Counted from the first letter of the stretch, positions 39,860-50,552 are shown. The stretch is DNA of 64,000 nt from a virus (IMGVR_UViG_3300020045_008999:224001-288000); one strand, 5' to 3'. The notes: generated by a model not told the origin, from the letters alone. Translations and numbers: made by a program.

Positions 39860-39893
39860 AAAAAAAAGGCGTGAAATATTTCACGCCTTTTTT
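39860..39893. terminator. bidirectional intrinsic terminator
   Basis: AAAAAAGGCGTGAAAT-ATTTCACGCCTTTTTT. Confidence 0.85.
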
Positions 39894-39914
39894 GTTTATA
39901 CTAATATAACACTA

Positions 39915-41309
39915 TTAAAATAAATTTTTAATTCTTTTGAACATGTTCACAAACCAATTATCGTTACTTGGTTTGATTTTACCTGGTTCGGAATTTTTAG
40001 GCAAAGTGATCATATCCAATATTTGTTTAGTAGTATCATCGCCATTACTTGGTTCGGGTGTAGAATCTAATCTAGATTTAGTGTTATATGAATTTGACCC
40101 CGCTTTCTGTTCAAATTCACTATCTTGTGAATATCCTAACTTAAGCATTTCAGAAACTAAAGCATGCCATTGCATTTCACCAGTGTAAATAAATTTACCA
40201 TCACTGAATATAGTTCCTAATGGTAGTGGTAATTTTGAATCATTTGCTTCTGATAACATATCACCATTAGCATCACCTATAGTAATAATATATTTACCAT
40301 TTTCAAATAATGAAACAAATGCATCACCATTAATACCCTTTATACCTGATACTTTATTTCTTATGGCAGCAATTACTTCCGGCTCAAACTGATACCCAGC
40401 GTCGGAATCTGTTATTGATTCAGAGACACTAAATAACATGCCATTTTTTTCAGGCGCAACCGCCATTTTATCAATTCGTAATTGTAAGTCGTCAATTTCC
40501 ACTTGTGCTTTTCTAATGCGTTCCGTAGCATTTTCTTGTTCTTGTTTCTTACGCTCTTGCATTTTCTTCAACTCAGCGGTAACTTGTTCATTTGTTTGCA
40601 ATATTGCTTGACCTAATTCATCACGGTGAATTACACCAGCATCAATTAATTCTTCTCTGGTTACTTTCAGATGATTTACAGAAGATTTTTGAGTTTGATC
40701 CACACCAGGGTTTGTTTCATCTGTAGTCACTTCATCTACATTTTCTGCCAATACCGGGGCTGTGCCCAGCGGCTTAGTATCTCTAACAATATCACCCAAT
40801 AAATCATTAATCGTTGCTAATGTCGCTGGTGATACTTCAACCGGATCAGTGTTGCCATATAATATATCTGATAATTTATCGATTGGTCTTTTTACGGACG
40901 AAAGTAAAATTAATGGTAAAAATTTATTTGTTATTTTACATTCAACTGTAGAAGTAAACTCAAAATCTGATGGATCGTACATCCCACCCAATTTACCAAT
41001 TTTAAGTTCAGCATCATAAAACTTTTCTAGAAGTCTTCCACGCATTGATTCATCGGTTTCACAAGTATCAACCTCTTCGAAATCAATAGTTTCATCATCA
41101 CGTATAGTAATTTTGAATATTAAGTGATCCAACATGCCTGACAGAAATCCACCCTTGATAAATGCTTCATCACTATTGATTTTTACATTTCCTCGAATTG
41201 TAGAAAATCCGATCACACCCGGCATCTTATACTTACCTAAAATTAGTGGTTTTGTTTCAACTGTGATGTTTTCATCTGTTATTTCTTCACTGTTATTATT
41301 TTCGGACAT
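39915..41309 (-). CDS. acidic hypothetical protein with central coiled coil
   Basis: 464-aa ORF after TATATTTG (41342-41349, minus). Confidence 0.7.
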   Translation of the reverse strand: MSENNNSEEITDENITVETKPLILGKYKMPGVIGFSTIRGNVKINSDEAFIKGGFLSGMLDHLIFKITIRDDETIDFEEVDTCETDESMRGRLLEKFYDAELKIGKLGGMYDPSDFEFTSTVECKITNKFLPLILLSSVKRPIDKLSDILYGNTDPVEVSPATLATINDLLGDIVRDTKPLGTAPVLAENVDEVTTDETNPGVDQTQKSSVNHLKVTREELIDAGVIHRDELGQAILQTNEQVTAELKKMQERKKQEQENATERIRKAQVEIDDLQLRIDKMAVAPEKNGMLFSVSESITDSDAGYQFEPEVIAAIRNKVSGIKGINGDAFVSLFENGKYIITIGDANGDMLSEANDSKLPLPLGTIFSDGKFIYTGEMQWHALVSEMLKLGYSQDSEFEQKAGSNSYNTKSRLDSTPEPSNGDDTTKQILDMITLPKNSEPGKIKPSNDNWFVNMFKRIKNLF

Positions 41310-41425
41310 AGTTTATAAATTAATTAAAGTTATTTTGTTTACAAATATATAAAAAAGTACGGATATTTGAATCAAAAATAATAATTATTTTTAAAAAGAT
41401 AGTGTGATTTTTTTATATATACCAT

Positions 41426-41641
41426 ATGGGAAATGATATTAAAAAATTTGAACAATTCATAACAGAGTCTAATAATGTGTCTAGCGATATATTTGACTTC
41501 ATATCTGAGCATGGATTTGATGTAACTCGTGATTATGTCACTAAGGAAGAAGCGGAAAATATCTTAATAGATATTAGTGATTTGGTAGATGATGAGAAAT
41601 ATCACTGGACCGAAATTGAACTTAAAAAAATAACAAAATAA
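41426..41641 (+). CDS. small acidic protein with CTS-like N-terminus
   Basis: MGNDIKKFEQFITES; TTTATATATA at 41412-41421. Confidence 0.65.
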   Translation: MGNDIKKFEQFITESNNVSSDIFDFISEHGFDVTRDYVTKEEAENILIDISDLVDDEKYHWTEIELKKITK

Positions 41642-41643
41642 TA

Positions 41644-42282
41644 ATGAACCAAGATATTATAATGAACATCAATCGAATTGATTCTGAATTGAAAAATTTA
41701 TTCGACACCGTTTCGATTACTGAAAAAAGCAATAATAAAGGATTCTATTTTGAGATTATAGCGGAATCTACTATTAATAATAAAAAATTCACACTAGTTA
41801 CCGAATTAAATCAAACGGATTTATTAGGAAATGTAATTAATTGGAATTATTTATCGGATCCAAGTATTTCTAATTCACTTACCGTAGAACGCACATCTAA
41901 TTTAGAAACAATACACTCAGATATGTTTGAAATTGTTACTAAAAAAAGGTTTGATAAAGACTATTTAAATAAATTAACTGAAAATTTAGAAGTAATTAAT
42001 GAATCTAATAATGGTCTAGAAGATGAAAATATAATTAATAAAATAAATAATATATTTATATATCATGATGTTGCACCTTTTTCCGATATAAAAAAAGAAA
42101 TTTCTTACAATGAAAATGTCAATATTTTTATTAAAACCCCATATAAATTAAAATTCACATTAAATGAACAGGTAAAGGATTCAACTAAGATTGCAATTGA
42201 ACAACAAGTAATGAAAATAGATTATATAGATTATATATCATTTAAACTTGACAACTCTGTAGAAATATCAGTAACTGAATAA
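41644..42282 (+). CDS. putative late/head-associated protein
   Basis: co-transcribed with CTS gene; multiple [IL]xE sites. Confidence 0.5.
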   Translation: MNQDIIMNINRIDSELKNLFDTVSITEKSNNKGFYFEIIAESTINNKKFTLVTELNQTDLLGNVINWNYLSDPSISNSLTVERTSNLETIHSDMFEIVTKKRFDKDYLNKLTENLEVINESNNGLEDENIINKINNIFIYHDVAPFSDIKKEISYNENVNIFIKTPYKLKFTLNEQVKDSTKIAIEQQVMKIDYIDYISFKLDNSVEISVTE

Positions 42283-42286
42283 AAAC

Positions 42287-42312
42287 AAAACTCACCAAAC
42301 GGTGAGTTTTTT
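42287..42312. terminator. bidirectional intrinsic terminator
   Basis: AAAACTCACC-AAAC-GGTGAGTTTTTT. Confidence 0.8.
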
Positions 42313-42313
42313 A

Positions 42314-43003
42314 TTAAAATATAAATTGTCGAATATTATTACCGGCATACATTTTATGAAGTAATGAATCAGTTGAATTGTAAATGGGGTAATTATTTAA
42401 CGTTTTAGAGTCGTATAGTTTAATTGCTTCAATTCTTATACGCGCTTCCCATCCCATTAAAGAATCTTTATTTAAATCATAGGATATGTCCTGTATATTT
42501 GATAACTCTGGTAGGATATTTTCAAGTAATTTTTGCGCAATTACCAAACTACGATGTGCTAATTTTAATTTTTTTGGATCGTTATTTCGTAAATCTCGTT
42601 TAGCCACACCACAATATGATTTGATAATTTTAAAAGTTCTACACATGCTTAATATGCTTTCGGAATCCCAATTGCCACTAAATATTACAATATCTGAATA
42701 TATAGTACCATCTGCTAAAAACAAATTACTATAAAATTGTCGCTCAGTAGTCCATATATATTCAGTGTTACTATCAATGTCTGCATATTTAAATGAATGT
42801 AAATTAGGTAGATATGTTTGATCGCTTTCATCAAAAATTGAATCCCATTTATACATTCTTAAATAATCATAATCACTATTTTCATGATTGGTCCCAAATA
42901 ATCGAGAACCAAATTTAAATTCTTTGTAATCAGAACCACATAATCGCTGATGTTCGGCTAATGTAATTTCCATATTCATAATAGTAAAATTTAATTCATA
43001 CAA
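42314..43003 (-). CDS. Pol-beta superfamily nucleotidyltransferase (RlaP-like), copy 2
   Basis: FGSRLFG....SDYDY; IIKSYCG.AKRD. Confidence 0.75.
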   Translation of the reverse strand: MYELNFTIMNMEITLAEHQRLCGSDYKEFKFGSRLFGTNHENSDYDYLRMYKWDSIFDESDQTYLPNLHSFKYADIDSNTEYIWTTERQFYSNLFLADGTIYSDIVIFSGNWDSESILSMCRTFKIIKSYCGVAKRDLRNNDPKKLKLAHRSLVIAQKLLENILPELSNIQDISYDLNKDSLMGWEARIRIEAIKLYDSKTLNNYPIYNSTDSLLHKMYAGNNIRQFIF

Positions 43004-43063
43004 ATAAAGTAAACTTTTATCTAATATTATAATATATTTCTATAAAAAATAAATATAATAAAT

Positions 43064-43408
43064 ATGGAAACACGTACTATTACTGAAGTTAAGACATTTA
43101 AGCTAATATTAAACCCAATTCATGAAAGATGCGAACATGGCCAAATCGTAGTAATTTCAACAGATCGTGATAAAATAATAGAGTTTTATAATAATGAATT
43201 AGTTCCGGGTGGATATACTGATGAGGGTATCAATGCTTGGGACAATAGTGTAAAAATATGGCATAAGCAATTTCGAAGAAATGGACCACTCGAATGGTTT
43301 AACCCGGTAAGTGATATACTAAATGGATTAGACATGCACCACCATGGTATATCGTATGAATGGATTGAAGAAGACACATATCATAATACCACTATCGTTA
43401 AAGTATAA
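43064..43408 (+). CDS. hypothetical protein
   Basis: ORF behind AAACTTT-N15-TATATT. Confidence 0.55.
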   Translation: METRTITEVKTFKLILNPIHERCEHGQIVVISTDRDKIIEFYNNELVPGGYTDEGINAWDNSVKIWHKQFRRNGPLEWFNPVSDILNGLDMHHHGISYEWIEEDTYHNTTIVKV

Positions 43409-43520
43409 AAATATTTAATAAATTCGACAAAAATATGTATTGAAAATAAAAATAAAAAAAAAACATAAATTGATTACAAACTAAAAATATTTGTATAACT
43501 TTGTGAAAAATAATTAACAT

Positions 43521-44993
43521 ATGATCGAACTAAAGAACAGCCACGAGAAATTAACTGCAACGATTCAGCATATGCTGATCGATACTAAGTATTCGCTACC
43601 ATATTATGGTAACTTCAACCTTTTTATAAATTTTCACGCAAATAGTAATATGCCAACGGCTGGGGTTAATATGACTACTGCCGGGATGAATTTCTATTAC
43701 AATCCAGCATTCATCGATCGACTAAGTCAAAAAGAAGTAAATTTTCTTACCTTACACGAGGATTTTCATTTATTATGGGATCACCCTAAGAGAACATTAA
43801 GTGGTCAATATGATCACAAAATGTCTAATATCGTACAAGACATGATTATAAACCATGTTATATGGGAAGATATTAGTCATGATTTTGTTGAAATCCCGAA
43901 AGATGAAAGTGGTCGTAATATGGCACTCTTTGTTCCTAAAGAATATACTGGTAAATTGATTTTTGAAGTGTTATATGAGTGGCTGCGCGATAAGCGTGAA
44001 GAACACAATAAAAAGAAAAAAGAAAATCAGAGTTCTTGTAGTTCATGTGGTGGATCTGGTGAGAAAGAGAAAGAGAAAGGCGATAAAGGTAAACAAGAGG
44101 GTAACGGCGACGGAAAGTCTGATGAAGAGGGTCAGGGAAGTGGAAACGGAAGTGAACAATCTGATGGCGAATCTGAAAGCTGTCCAGATTGCAAGGGAAG
44201 TGGTAAAGACCAATCAACTGATTCATCTGGAAATCCATCATATGGTCCATTTGGACAAAACCCAAAAGGCCCTGGATCTATAGACACGTATTCATTAGAT
44301 CAAATTTTTGATAACATGGATAACAACAATGGAGAATACCTAGATCAACATATAAGTGATGAGGTTCCGGAAGAAATGAGAGAGGGCATGATTAAGGAAG
44401 CTCTTGATAAATTACAAGCAAGAGGATTATGTCCGGGTGACATTGAGGAAACACTAGGTAAGTTAAGGAAAAAGAAAAAAGATTACTTAAAACATATCAA
44501 AAGATGTATTGCAAACCAATTATTTGGGACTAAAAAAGTTAAATCAATTACTAGACCGAATCGTCGTGGTATTTTAGGGGTCAAAGGTTCCCGTAAAATT
44601 AAAAATAGAATCAATATCATTCTTGATGTGAGTGGTTCCATGTCTGGTTTAGTCGAGAGAGTATTGGAATATGTATATAAAAATGACGTTGAAATTACGT
44701 TGATCGAAGCAGACACACAGGTAAATTTTGTAAAGCATCTCAAAAATACTAAAGGCTTGGATAAAGTTCCAATTAAAGGAATGGGTGGGACTGTTTTACA
44801 ACCCGCCATCGATTATGTTATTGAAAATCTGAATTCCTATTCAACACTAATACTGACCGATGGATATTGCGACACATTAATTACCAGAGAATTAAAACAC
44901 CCAGTACTTATTATTTCAGCTGGTGTTGAAGTCCCGTTAGCCGAGACGAATAATAAAACCAAACAAATTGTTGTTGATAATGAAACAAGATAA
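43521..44993 (+). CDS. DUF2201-like metallopeptidase + VWA domain protein
   Basis: TAGV, HEDFH (HExxH), N...D..IN; MIDAS DVSGS, GGT, LTDG. Confidence 0.85.
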   Translation: MIELKNSHEKLTATIQHMLIDTKYSLPYYGNFNLFINFHANSNMPTAGVNMTTAGMNFYYNPAFIDRLSQKEVNFLTLHEDFHLLWDHPKRTLSGQYDHKMSNIVQDMIINHVIWEDISHDFVEIPKDESGRNMALFVPKEYTGKLIFEVLYEWLRDKREEHNKKKKENQSSCSSCGGSGEKEKEKGDKGKQEGNGDGKSDEEGQGSGNGSEQSDGESESCPDCKGSGKDQSTDSSGNPSYGPFGQNPKGPGSIDTYSLDQIFDNMDNNNGEYLDQHISDEVPEEMREGMIKEALDKLQARGLCPGDIEETLGKLRKKKKDYLKHIKRCIANQLFGTKKVKSITRPNRRGILGVKGSRKIKNRINIILDVSGSMSGLVERVLEYVYKNDVEITLIEADTQVNFVKHLKNTKGLDKVPIKGMGGTVLQPAIDYVIENLNSYSTLILTDGYCDTLITRELKHPVLIISAGVEVPLAETNNKTKQIVVDNETR

Positions 44994-44996
44994 ATT

Positions 44997-45028
44997 AAAA
45001 AAGACTGGTGTTACATCAGTCTTTTTTT
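44997..45028 (+). terminator. intrinsic terminator
   Basis: AAAAAAGACTGGTG-TTA-CATCAGTCTTTTTTT. Confidence 0.8.
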
Positions 45029-45240
45029 AATATTTTTATTTACATTTTTTAAGAGATGGATAACCATATGCATATTTATTAAGATGCCCTTATCGCCTAC
45101 ACTTCTACTGTATTAATCAGTAATAAAAATATTATAAAAAAATATAAATATTAGCTTGTAAATATTAAAATATTATTTACATTTGTGAACGAATTGATTT
45201 AATAATAAAAATAACTTAAATAACTTAAATTACCTTATCT

Positions 45241-46371
45241 ATGAGTACTAAAAAACAATCTACATTAACCCCTGAGTTGATTGCAAAACTTCAAACAATG
45301 TCTCCTCGTGAACAAAAATATTTCAGAATTATGTGGCCAAAGTCTGGTGTATTATATATTACTGCTAAACCAGGTATTGCGAAGTCTGCCATTGCAAAAA
45401 CAATAGCCAAAAAAATGGGATTTGCATACATTGATCAACGTTTGTCAATGAATGATGAAACCGATTTTAAATTTCCTTTCCTTACGGATGAATCGTATGA
45501 TGGCAACATTTTCAAAGTATCCGACACTGCCGTACCAAAATGGGCATTTGATGCTAATAAGCAACCAACTATTATCCACTTTGAAGAATTGAACCGTGCC
45601 CCGACCTTTGTAAGAAATGCTGCTTTGCAAATTTTACTAGAGCGTCAAATTGGTGACTTTAAGTTCAATGATAATGTATTGATGATGGCATCTGGAAACC
45701 TTGGTGAGGAAGATGGGGCTGATGTTGAAGAATTTGACTCTGCATTAAACAATAGACTTATCCACATATCACACACCCTAAGTCCAAAAGAGTGGATTGA
45801 AAATTACGCAGTGGATAATATACACCCATTGGTTTGTGACTATATCAGTACACACGGTGAGAAATTGGCACAAGATAAAAATGAAAACTCAAAAGCATAC
45901 GCAACCCCTCGTTCATGGACTTTCCTAAGCGATTGGATTGTTGAAAACTTTGGATATGATTCATCTGCTAGAGATTTCATCCCGGCCTTAACCGAAATTG
46001 CACATGGCTATATTGGGGCTGGTGCCAAGCGTTTTGTCCAATATTGTGAGGATATGGTAAACATTTCAATATTTGATGTAATTAATAATTACGATGGTAT
46101 TGTTAAGGAATTGGCAAAATACAATCGTGACAAAAAAGAAGAATTGTTACAATCACTTAAAGGGCATAAGTTAGGGGAATTAAATACTGCACAATTAGAC
46201 AATGTTGCAAAATTTCTAAAATCAATTTCCGACGATGCATTAACTGCCTATTTAATTTATGTAGTTGAAGAGTCAAAAGAAGTTGGTGTACAAACGGTTA
46301 AAGATTTCATGCGTACCCATTTTAGAGAAGAATTGATTCAACTTAACGACCGAACTATTGCGCAAAGTTAA
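45241..46371 (+). CDS. MoxR-like AAA+ ATPase
   Basis: Walker A KPGIAKS, Walker B IIHFEELNRA, ASGN, ALNNRL, TPRSW. Confidence 0.88.
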   Translation: MSTKKQSTLTPELIAKLQTMSPREQKYFRIMWPKSGVLYITAKPGIAKSAIAKTIAKKMGFAYIDQRLSMNDETDFKFPFLTDESYDGNIFKVSDTAVPKWAFDANKQPTIIHFEELNRAPTFVRNAALQILLERQIGDFKFNDNVLMMASGNLGEEDGADVEEFDSALNNRLIHISHTLSPKEWIENYAVDNIHPLVCDYISTHGEKLAQDKNENSKAYATPRSWTFLSDWIVENFGYDSSARDFIPALTEIAHGYIGAGAKRFVQYCEDMVNISIFDVINNYDGIVKELAKYNRDKKEELLQSLKGHKLGELNTAQLDNVAKFLKSISDDALTAYLIYVVEESKEVGVQTVKDFMRTHFREELIQLNDRTIAQS

Positions 46372-46380
46372 TACCAAATA

Positions 46381-46599
46381 ATGGTAATTAATATTGTTAT
46401 TATGCACCACTTGGGTGTATTCAAATCAAGTGAAATCACAATCGAATATGATGACTATCAAGAACTAATTGCGGTTTCTGATGGGTTTCACCTAAATGGA
46501 TATAACATGGCCTTAGAAAGTGGTGGCCATGTTATAATTCCACCGGGGGTGATAAAAGAATCTATAATGGTAATAAATATAATAAAACACGATGAGTAG
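46381..46599 (+). CDS. hypothetical protein
   Basis: short ORF in operon. Confidence 0.5.
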   Translation: MVINIVIMHHLGVFKSSEITIEYDDYQELIAVSDGFHLNGYNMALESGGHVIIPPGVIKESIMVINIIKHDE

Positions 46600-47164
46600 A
46601 ACAAAATTAGTCATATTAGGGGTTTCGTATAATCATTCTGATAATGGTTCATGCATATTAGTATTATCCGAGGTACATGGTGAGCGTAAAATACCAGTAG
46701 TCATTACAACTAATGATGCAATCATATTAACTGAACTGTTAGAAGCTATTGATGATAATGTGCCAATTCTAAATGTATATACTACCTTTACTGAAGCTCT
46801 TAGTATGTTCAATGCTGACGTAAGGGAAGTTGTAATAACAGATTTCAGTGAGGGCATATTTAAATCATTGCTTGTGGTTGGTAATTACATTGAGGATTAC
46901 ACCGTCAACTCTAAGTTAGGTGATGCATTAATTTTGGCTACTTTAAATAAAATTCCAATTTATGCGAATGTGGATGTTCTTGATCGTACTGGTATACTCA
47001 TGTCAAATGAGGGAAATATTACTATGGAAGAGGATAAAGTAAATCGCCGGGAGCGTGGACCTTATTTACCTCAACAAGATTTAGAACAACAATTAGCGGA
47101 TGCAATAACCGCAGAAGATTTTGAAAAGGCGGCCCAAATTCGAGATCAAATAAATAATATGTAA
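46592..47164 (+). CDS. bifunctional nuclease (DUF151/BFN) with C-terminal UVR domain
   Basis: LVL.E..G.RKIPV.I; V.I....EGIF; DAL.LA....PIY; L..AI..EDFEKAAQIRDQI. Confidence 0.85.
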   Translation: MSRTKLVILGVSYNHSDNGSCILVLSEVHGERKIPVVITTNDAIILTELLEAIDDNVPILNVYTTFTEALSMFNADVREVVITDFSEGIFKSLLVVGNYIEDYTVNSKLGDALILATLNKIPIYANVDVLDRTGILMSNEGNITMEEDKVNRRERGPYLPQQDLEQQLADAITAEDFEKAAQIRDQINNM

Positions 47165-47190
47165 AGTTAGGTTAGATTAGGTTTATATGT

Positions 47191-47224
47191 AAAAAATGCA
47201 CTGATATTATCAGTGCATTTTTTT
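47191..47224. terminator. bidirectional intrinsic terminator
   Basis: AAAAAATGCACTGATA-T-TATCAGTGCATTTTTTT. Confidence 0.85.
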
Positions 47225-47225
47225 A

Positions 47226-48713
47226 TTATTTTAAATTCCAGAACTCATAGTTCGTTGCGTGACTCATTTTGAAAATAGTTTCAAGAATCTGAATGTAGCT
47301 CGTGATGAATTTATCCACTTGATCACCCCCCACATTACTTATTTCGGTTTTCGAAAGTATATATAAATATCCGCCATCTTTTTGTAAATAGCCAATCGCA
47401 CGTTTTTTATTAATTGATGCTATATTCATCGTTGGTATAAATATTTCAGTATATAACACGAATGCTGCATCATCATTAACAAATGTAAAGTCTAAATCTA
47501 AGTGACTTACCCATTTATTATAGATTGAAATCCATTTTGGTAGGTCCTTGTAATTCTGTTCTTTAATTTTGGCTCGCTGTTCCAAATATTTGGCATTACT
47601 TGCTGCCTCTTTTTCCGCTGCTACAATTTTTTCACTACGAGGTATCCAATTTTCAATATCGACATTGTCTTTGATAGAATCCCATCTATCAGATATATCC
47701 TGGATGACTTCACTTATCTTATCATTAGATTGTGATTTAAATATGATATTTCCCTTTTCAGTCTTTATATAAATATTAATAAAATTCTCATCTACGGTTT
47801 TATAGGCCTTGTGGAATTTTTGTCCCACTTTTTTATCATTGTAATAGGATTGGTCTTTTTCAAAACCAATATTGACCGACCTACCGGCCAGACTATAAAA
47901 CGTTGCATGTGATGATGGTTTAGAATCTTTTGCTATTAATTTATCGTCCATGTATGCAAAAATGGCAACCGCTAATTTTCTGGAGATTGTAGTCTGTTCA
48001 GGACTGAAAGAATTATGGGTAGTTTTGACATTATGTTTCATTTTAATCACCTCAATGACATCAAATCCTTTTCGATTTAAAAAACATATTTGTTCAGGTT
48101 CGCGACTATTGATGACCGCAGTGGTATCCTTACGACTTTCATCTTCTATCGCATCATAGCCAGCTTTTAATAAAATATTACTTTGATCTGTACCACTCAA
48201 TATTTCATATTCACCAAAGTCAGATGAGAATATATCTACTTGAAGATTTTGAAAAAACATTCTTCCCCAATATCCAGAATTGCGTTTACCCAAACGTTCT
48301 GGGAAATATTTCTTTGTCAATACAAATGCTTCTTGTGACTCATAATATGTATAATTCAAAACACTTTGCATTTGTCGATAACAATCTTCTTCGGTGTTAA
48401 TTAAACTAAGGTATAATGTCTTACATCGATTATTTTTTTGCAAAATTCTGATATTTTCTGTATTTTGACCATACCAAAGATCAGAGGGGTAATTTAATAC
48501 ATATGCCAACGGATATGCATAATTACCAACCGGGTCACTATGATTTGGGCTATCATAGGCCGTTTTATCTAGCAAATCCCCTTTATGATTACTAAATTGA
48601 ACATAATATGACTTATCTTTAATAAGCTTTGCATATTTGCGTTTAAATTCGGTGAATTTTTTTGGGAATTTGTCAACATAATGCAATTCCTCATACATTT
48701 TTATATACTTCAT
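47226..48713 (-). CDS. large protein with CTS-like N-terminus; possible ADP-ribosyltransferase-like domain
   Basis: MKYIKMYEE; P.G.YAYP, GYDAIED, EPEQICF; late motif 48718-48727. Confidence 0.5.
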   Translation of the reverse strand: MKYIKMYEELHYVDKFPKKFTEFKRKYAKLIKDKSYYVQFSNHKGDLLDKTAYDSPNHSDPVGNYAYPLAYVLNYPSDLWYGQNTENIRILQKNNRCKTLYLSLINTEEDCYRQMQSVLNYTYYESQEAFVLTKKYFPERLGKRNSGYWGRMFFQNLQVDIFSSDFGEYEILSGTDQSNILLKAGYDAIEDESRKDTTAVINSREPEQICFLNRKGFDVIEVIKMKHNVKTTHNSFSPEQTTISRKLAVAIFAYMDDKLIAKDSKPSSHATFYSLAGRSVNIGFEKDQSYYNDKKVGQKFHKAYKTVDENFINIYIKTEKGNIIFKSQSNDKISEVIQDISDRWDSIKDNVDIENWIPRSEKIVAAEKEAASNAKYLEQRAKIKEQNYKDLPKWISIYNKWVSHLDLDFTFVNDDAAFVLYTEIFIPTMNIASINKKRAIGYLQKDGGYLYILSKTEISNVGGDQVDKFITSYIQILETIFKMSHATNYEFWNLK

Positions 48714-50482
48714 TTAGTATATATTAAATTTCTTTTCAAAGTAATATTACCATATATTATGGATGTAATTTCAGTTGGTGCGTCAACGAAATCTAGAAGC
48801 ATGTTTGTATATTTTTTACATAACTGCCACGACCGGATGTGTGATGGGATAAAGCTATTTGGCACCACAATGCCAATTTGATAATTAGGACTTGATTCAA
48901 CTAGCTCAAAAACTCGTCGATAATTACTTCTGGATAAGTATATATTATCATAATCTTGTAGGTTAATATATTCTGGTCTTACATTGACAATAATTAAATC
49001 ATCTTCGCTAGGCATTAGTGTTATTTTATAGTTTGGAAAAAAATGACAATACTCAATTTTATCAGAATATAACATGTTATCCCATATCTTATAATTATCT
49101 TCTATTTCAGTAGCATCATCTACAATATAATTAATTATAATTAGTGCACTTTCAAATTTTTCTTTAGATTGAATGCTGCTGAATTCCATACTATGTCTAA
49201 TAGATAGCATGTGATTTCTCAATAATTCAATGGTGTTTGGATTTATTGATCCATACCCACTTACTGCTGACACAAAAGACCCCACTTCGATCGCATCATA
49301 ATTAAATTTATCCAAATATTTCACAATCATATCGGGGTGTATTTTGTCTAAAAAGTGCAATTTTGTGGAGTGGATGTTTCGACCAAACCCATTGTGGCCA
49401 ATTAATTTATAAGATAAATTAATTCCTAATTCAGTATCGATATCAGTGTCTAACACATCACCAGTATAATATCTCGTCAATGCTAGTGCAATTATACTCG
49501 TAATTCTTCGATGATCCAACCTACCAAAACTTAGCAATTTTATCACGAATTTCTTAATATCGGATACGTCACAGCCCGTAGCAAATTGTTCATATTTTGT
49601 GTAAGCAGTCTTATCATTTAATTTAGATAAAGGTATCTGTTTAATTGATGGTCGATATATCAAATTGAATAAATTGATATTGCATTTATTCAGTAATTTA
49701 CTAACTTCATTATGCCAATATGTATTTATTTTATTATAAGCGGAATGTACCACACCATCTCGCTCAACGGTGATTCCGATTTTAGAACTCGGGTCGTATG
49801 AGTCAAGTGAAAAATCATACCAAACAAATTGAATTCGGTTATTTGTATAATATTTATAATTGCTTTTACTGGTGACGATACACCAAGATGTATCATGTGC
49901 TAATTCTATAATGTCATTCTGGCTATCTACTTGCACTATCAACTGATGACCATCTTGATAAACAATGTGTGTATTGGTCAAATTGTTAATAACCGCAAGT
50001 ACTTTATCTAAGTCATGTACACTGTCTTTTAGAAAAAGAATAGCAGAATTACACATTTCATAAATAGTTTTGTATTTTGATATCTTATCAGTAAAGGTAC
50101 TTAAATGTGGATGTTTGCTCAATTCCAGTAAAATAGGATAATACGTTTTTATAGTACTTTTAGACAGTGACTTATAATCCGTTTTCAATACACTAGGAAG
50201 TATTGATATTACTTTATTGATAAATAAATCATCCTCAACGATTTGTATTAGATCTATAAGTTTTTCATACCCATGTTTGTATATATCTATCTTAATAGAT
50301 TTATCATTTAAGTTTCGGATTCTTGTGTATAAACTTTTAAAATCTTCAATATCAATATCATTTGAGAAAAGATATTCGGTAAATTTACCAATATAACCGG
50401 GGTGGTCTGAACATAACTCTTTCAAATGTTCAAATATGGTTAATTTCTTTTTAATGATAGATGCTGCCTGTTTTATACTCAT
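48710..50482 (-). CDS. jumbo-phage protein with T.WCI motif
   Basis: TSWCI....Y.YY...QF.WYDF motif. Confidence 0.55.
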   Translation of the reverse strand: MSIKQAASIIKKKLTIFEHLKELCSDHPGYIGKFTEYLFSNDIDIEDFKSLYTRIRNLNDKSIKIDIYKHGYEKLIDLIQIVEDDLFINKVISILPSVLKTDYKSLSKSTIKTYYPILLELSKHPHLSTFTDKISKYKTIYEMCNSAILFLKDSVHDLDKVLAVINNLTNTHIVYQDGHQLIVQVDSQNDIIELAHDTSWCIVTSKSNYKYYTNNRIQFVWYDFSLDSYDPSSKIGITVERDGVVHSAYNKINTYWHNEVSKLLNKCNINLFNLIYRPSIKQIPLSKLNDKTAYTKYEQFATGCDVSDIKKFVIKLLSFGRLDHRRITSIIALALTRYYTGDVLDTDIDTELGINLSYKLIGHNGFGRNIHSTKLHFLDKIHPDMIVKYLDKFNYDAIEVGSFVSAVSGYGSINPNTIELLRNHMLSIRHSMEFSSIQSKEKFESALIIINYIVDDATEIEDNYKIWDNMLYSDKIEYCHFFPNYKITLMPSEDDLIIVNVRPEYINLQDYDNIYLSRSNYRRVFELVESSPNYQIGIVVPNSFIPSHIRSWQLCKKYTNMLLDFVDAPTEITSIIYGNITLKRNLIYTK

Positions 50483-50552
50483 AAGATAAAATTAAGCTAC
50501 AAATATAGCAAATATAATATATAAATGATATACCTTTACCCAAAATATAAAT

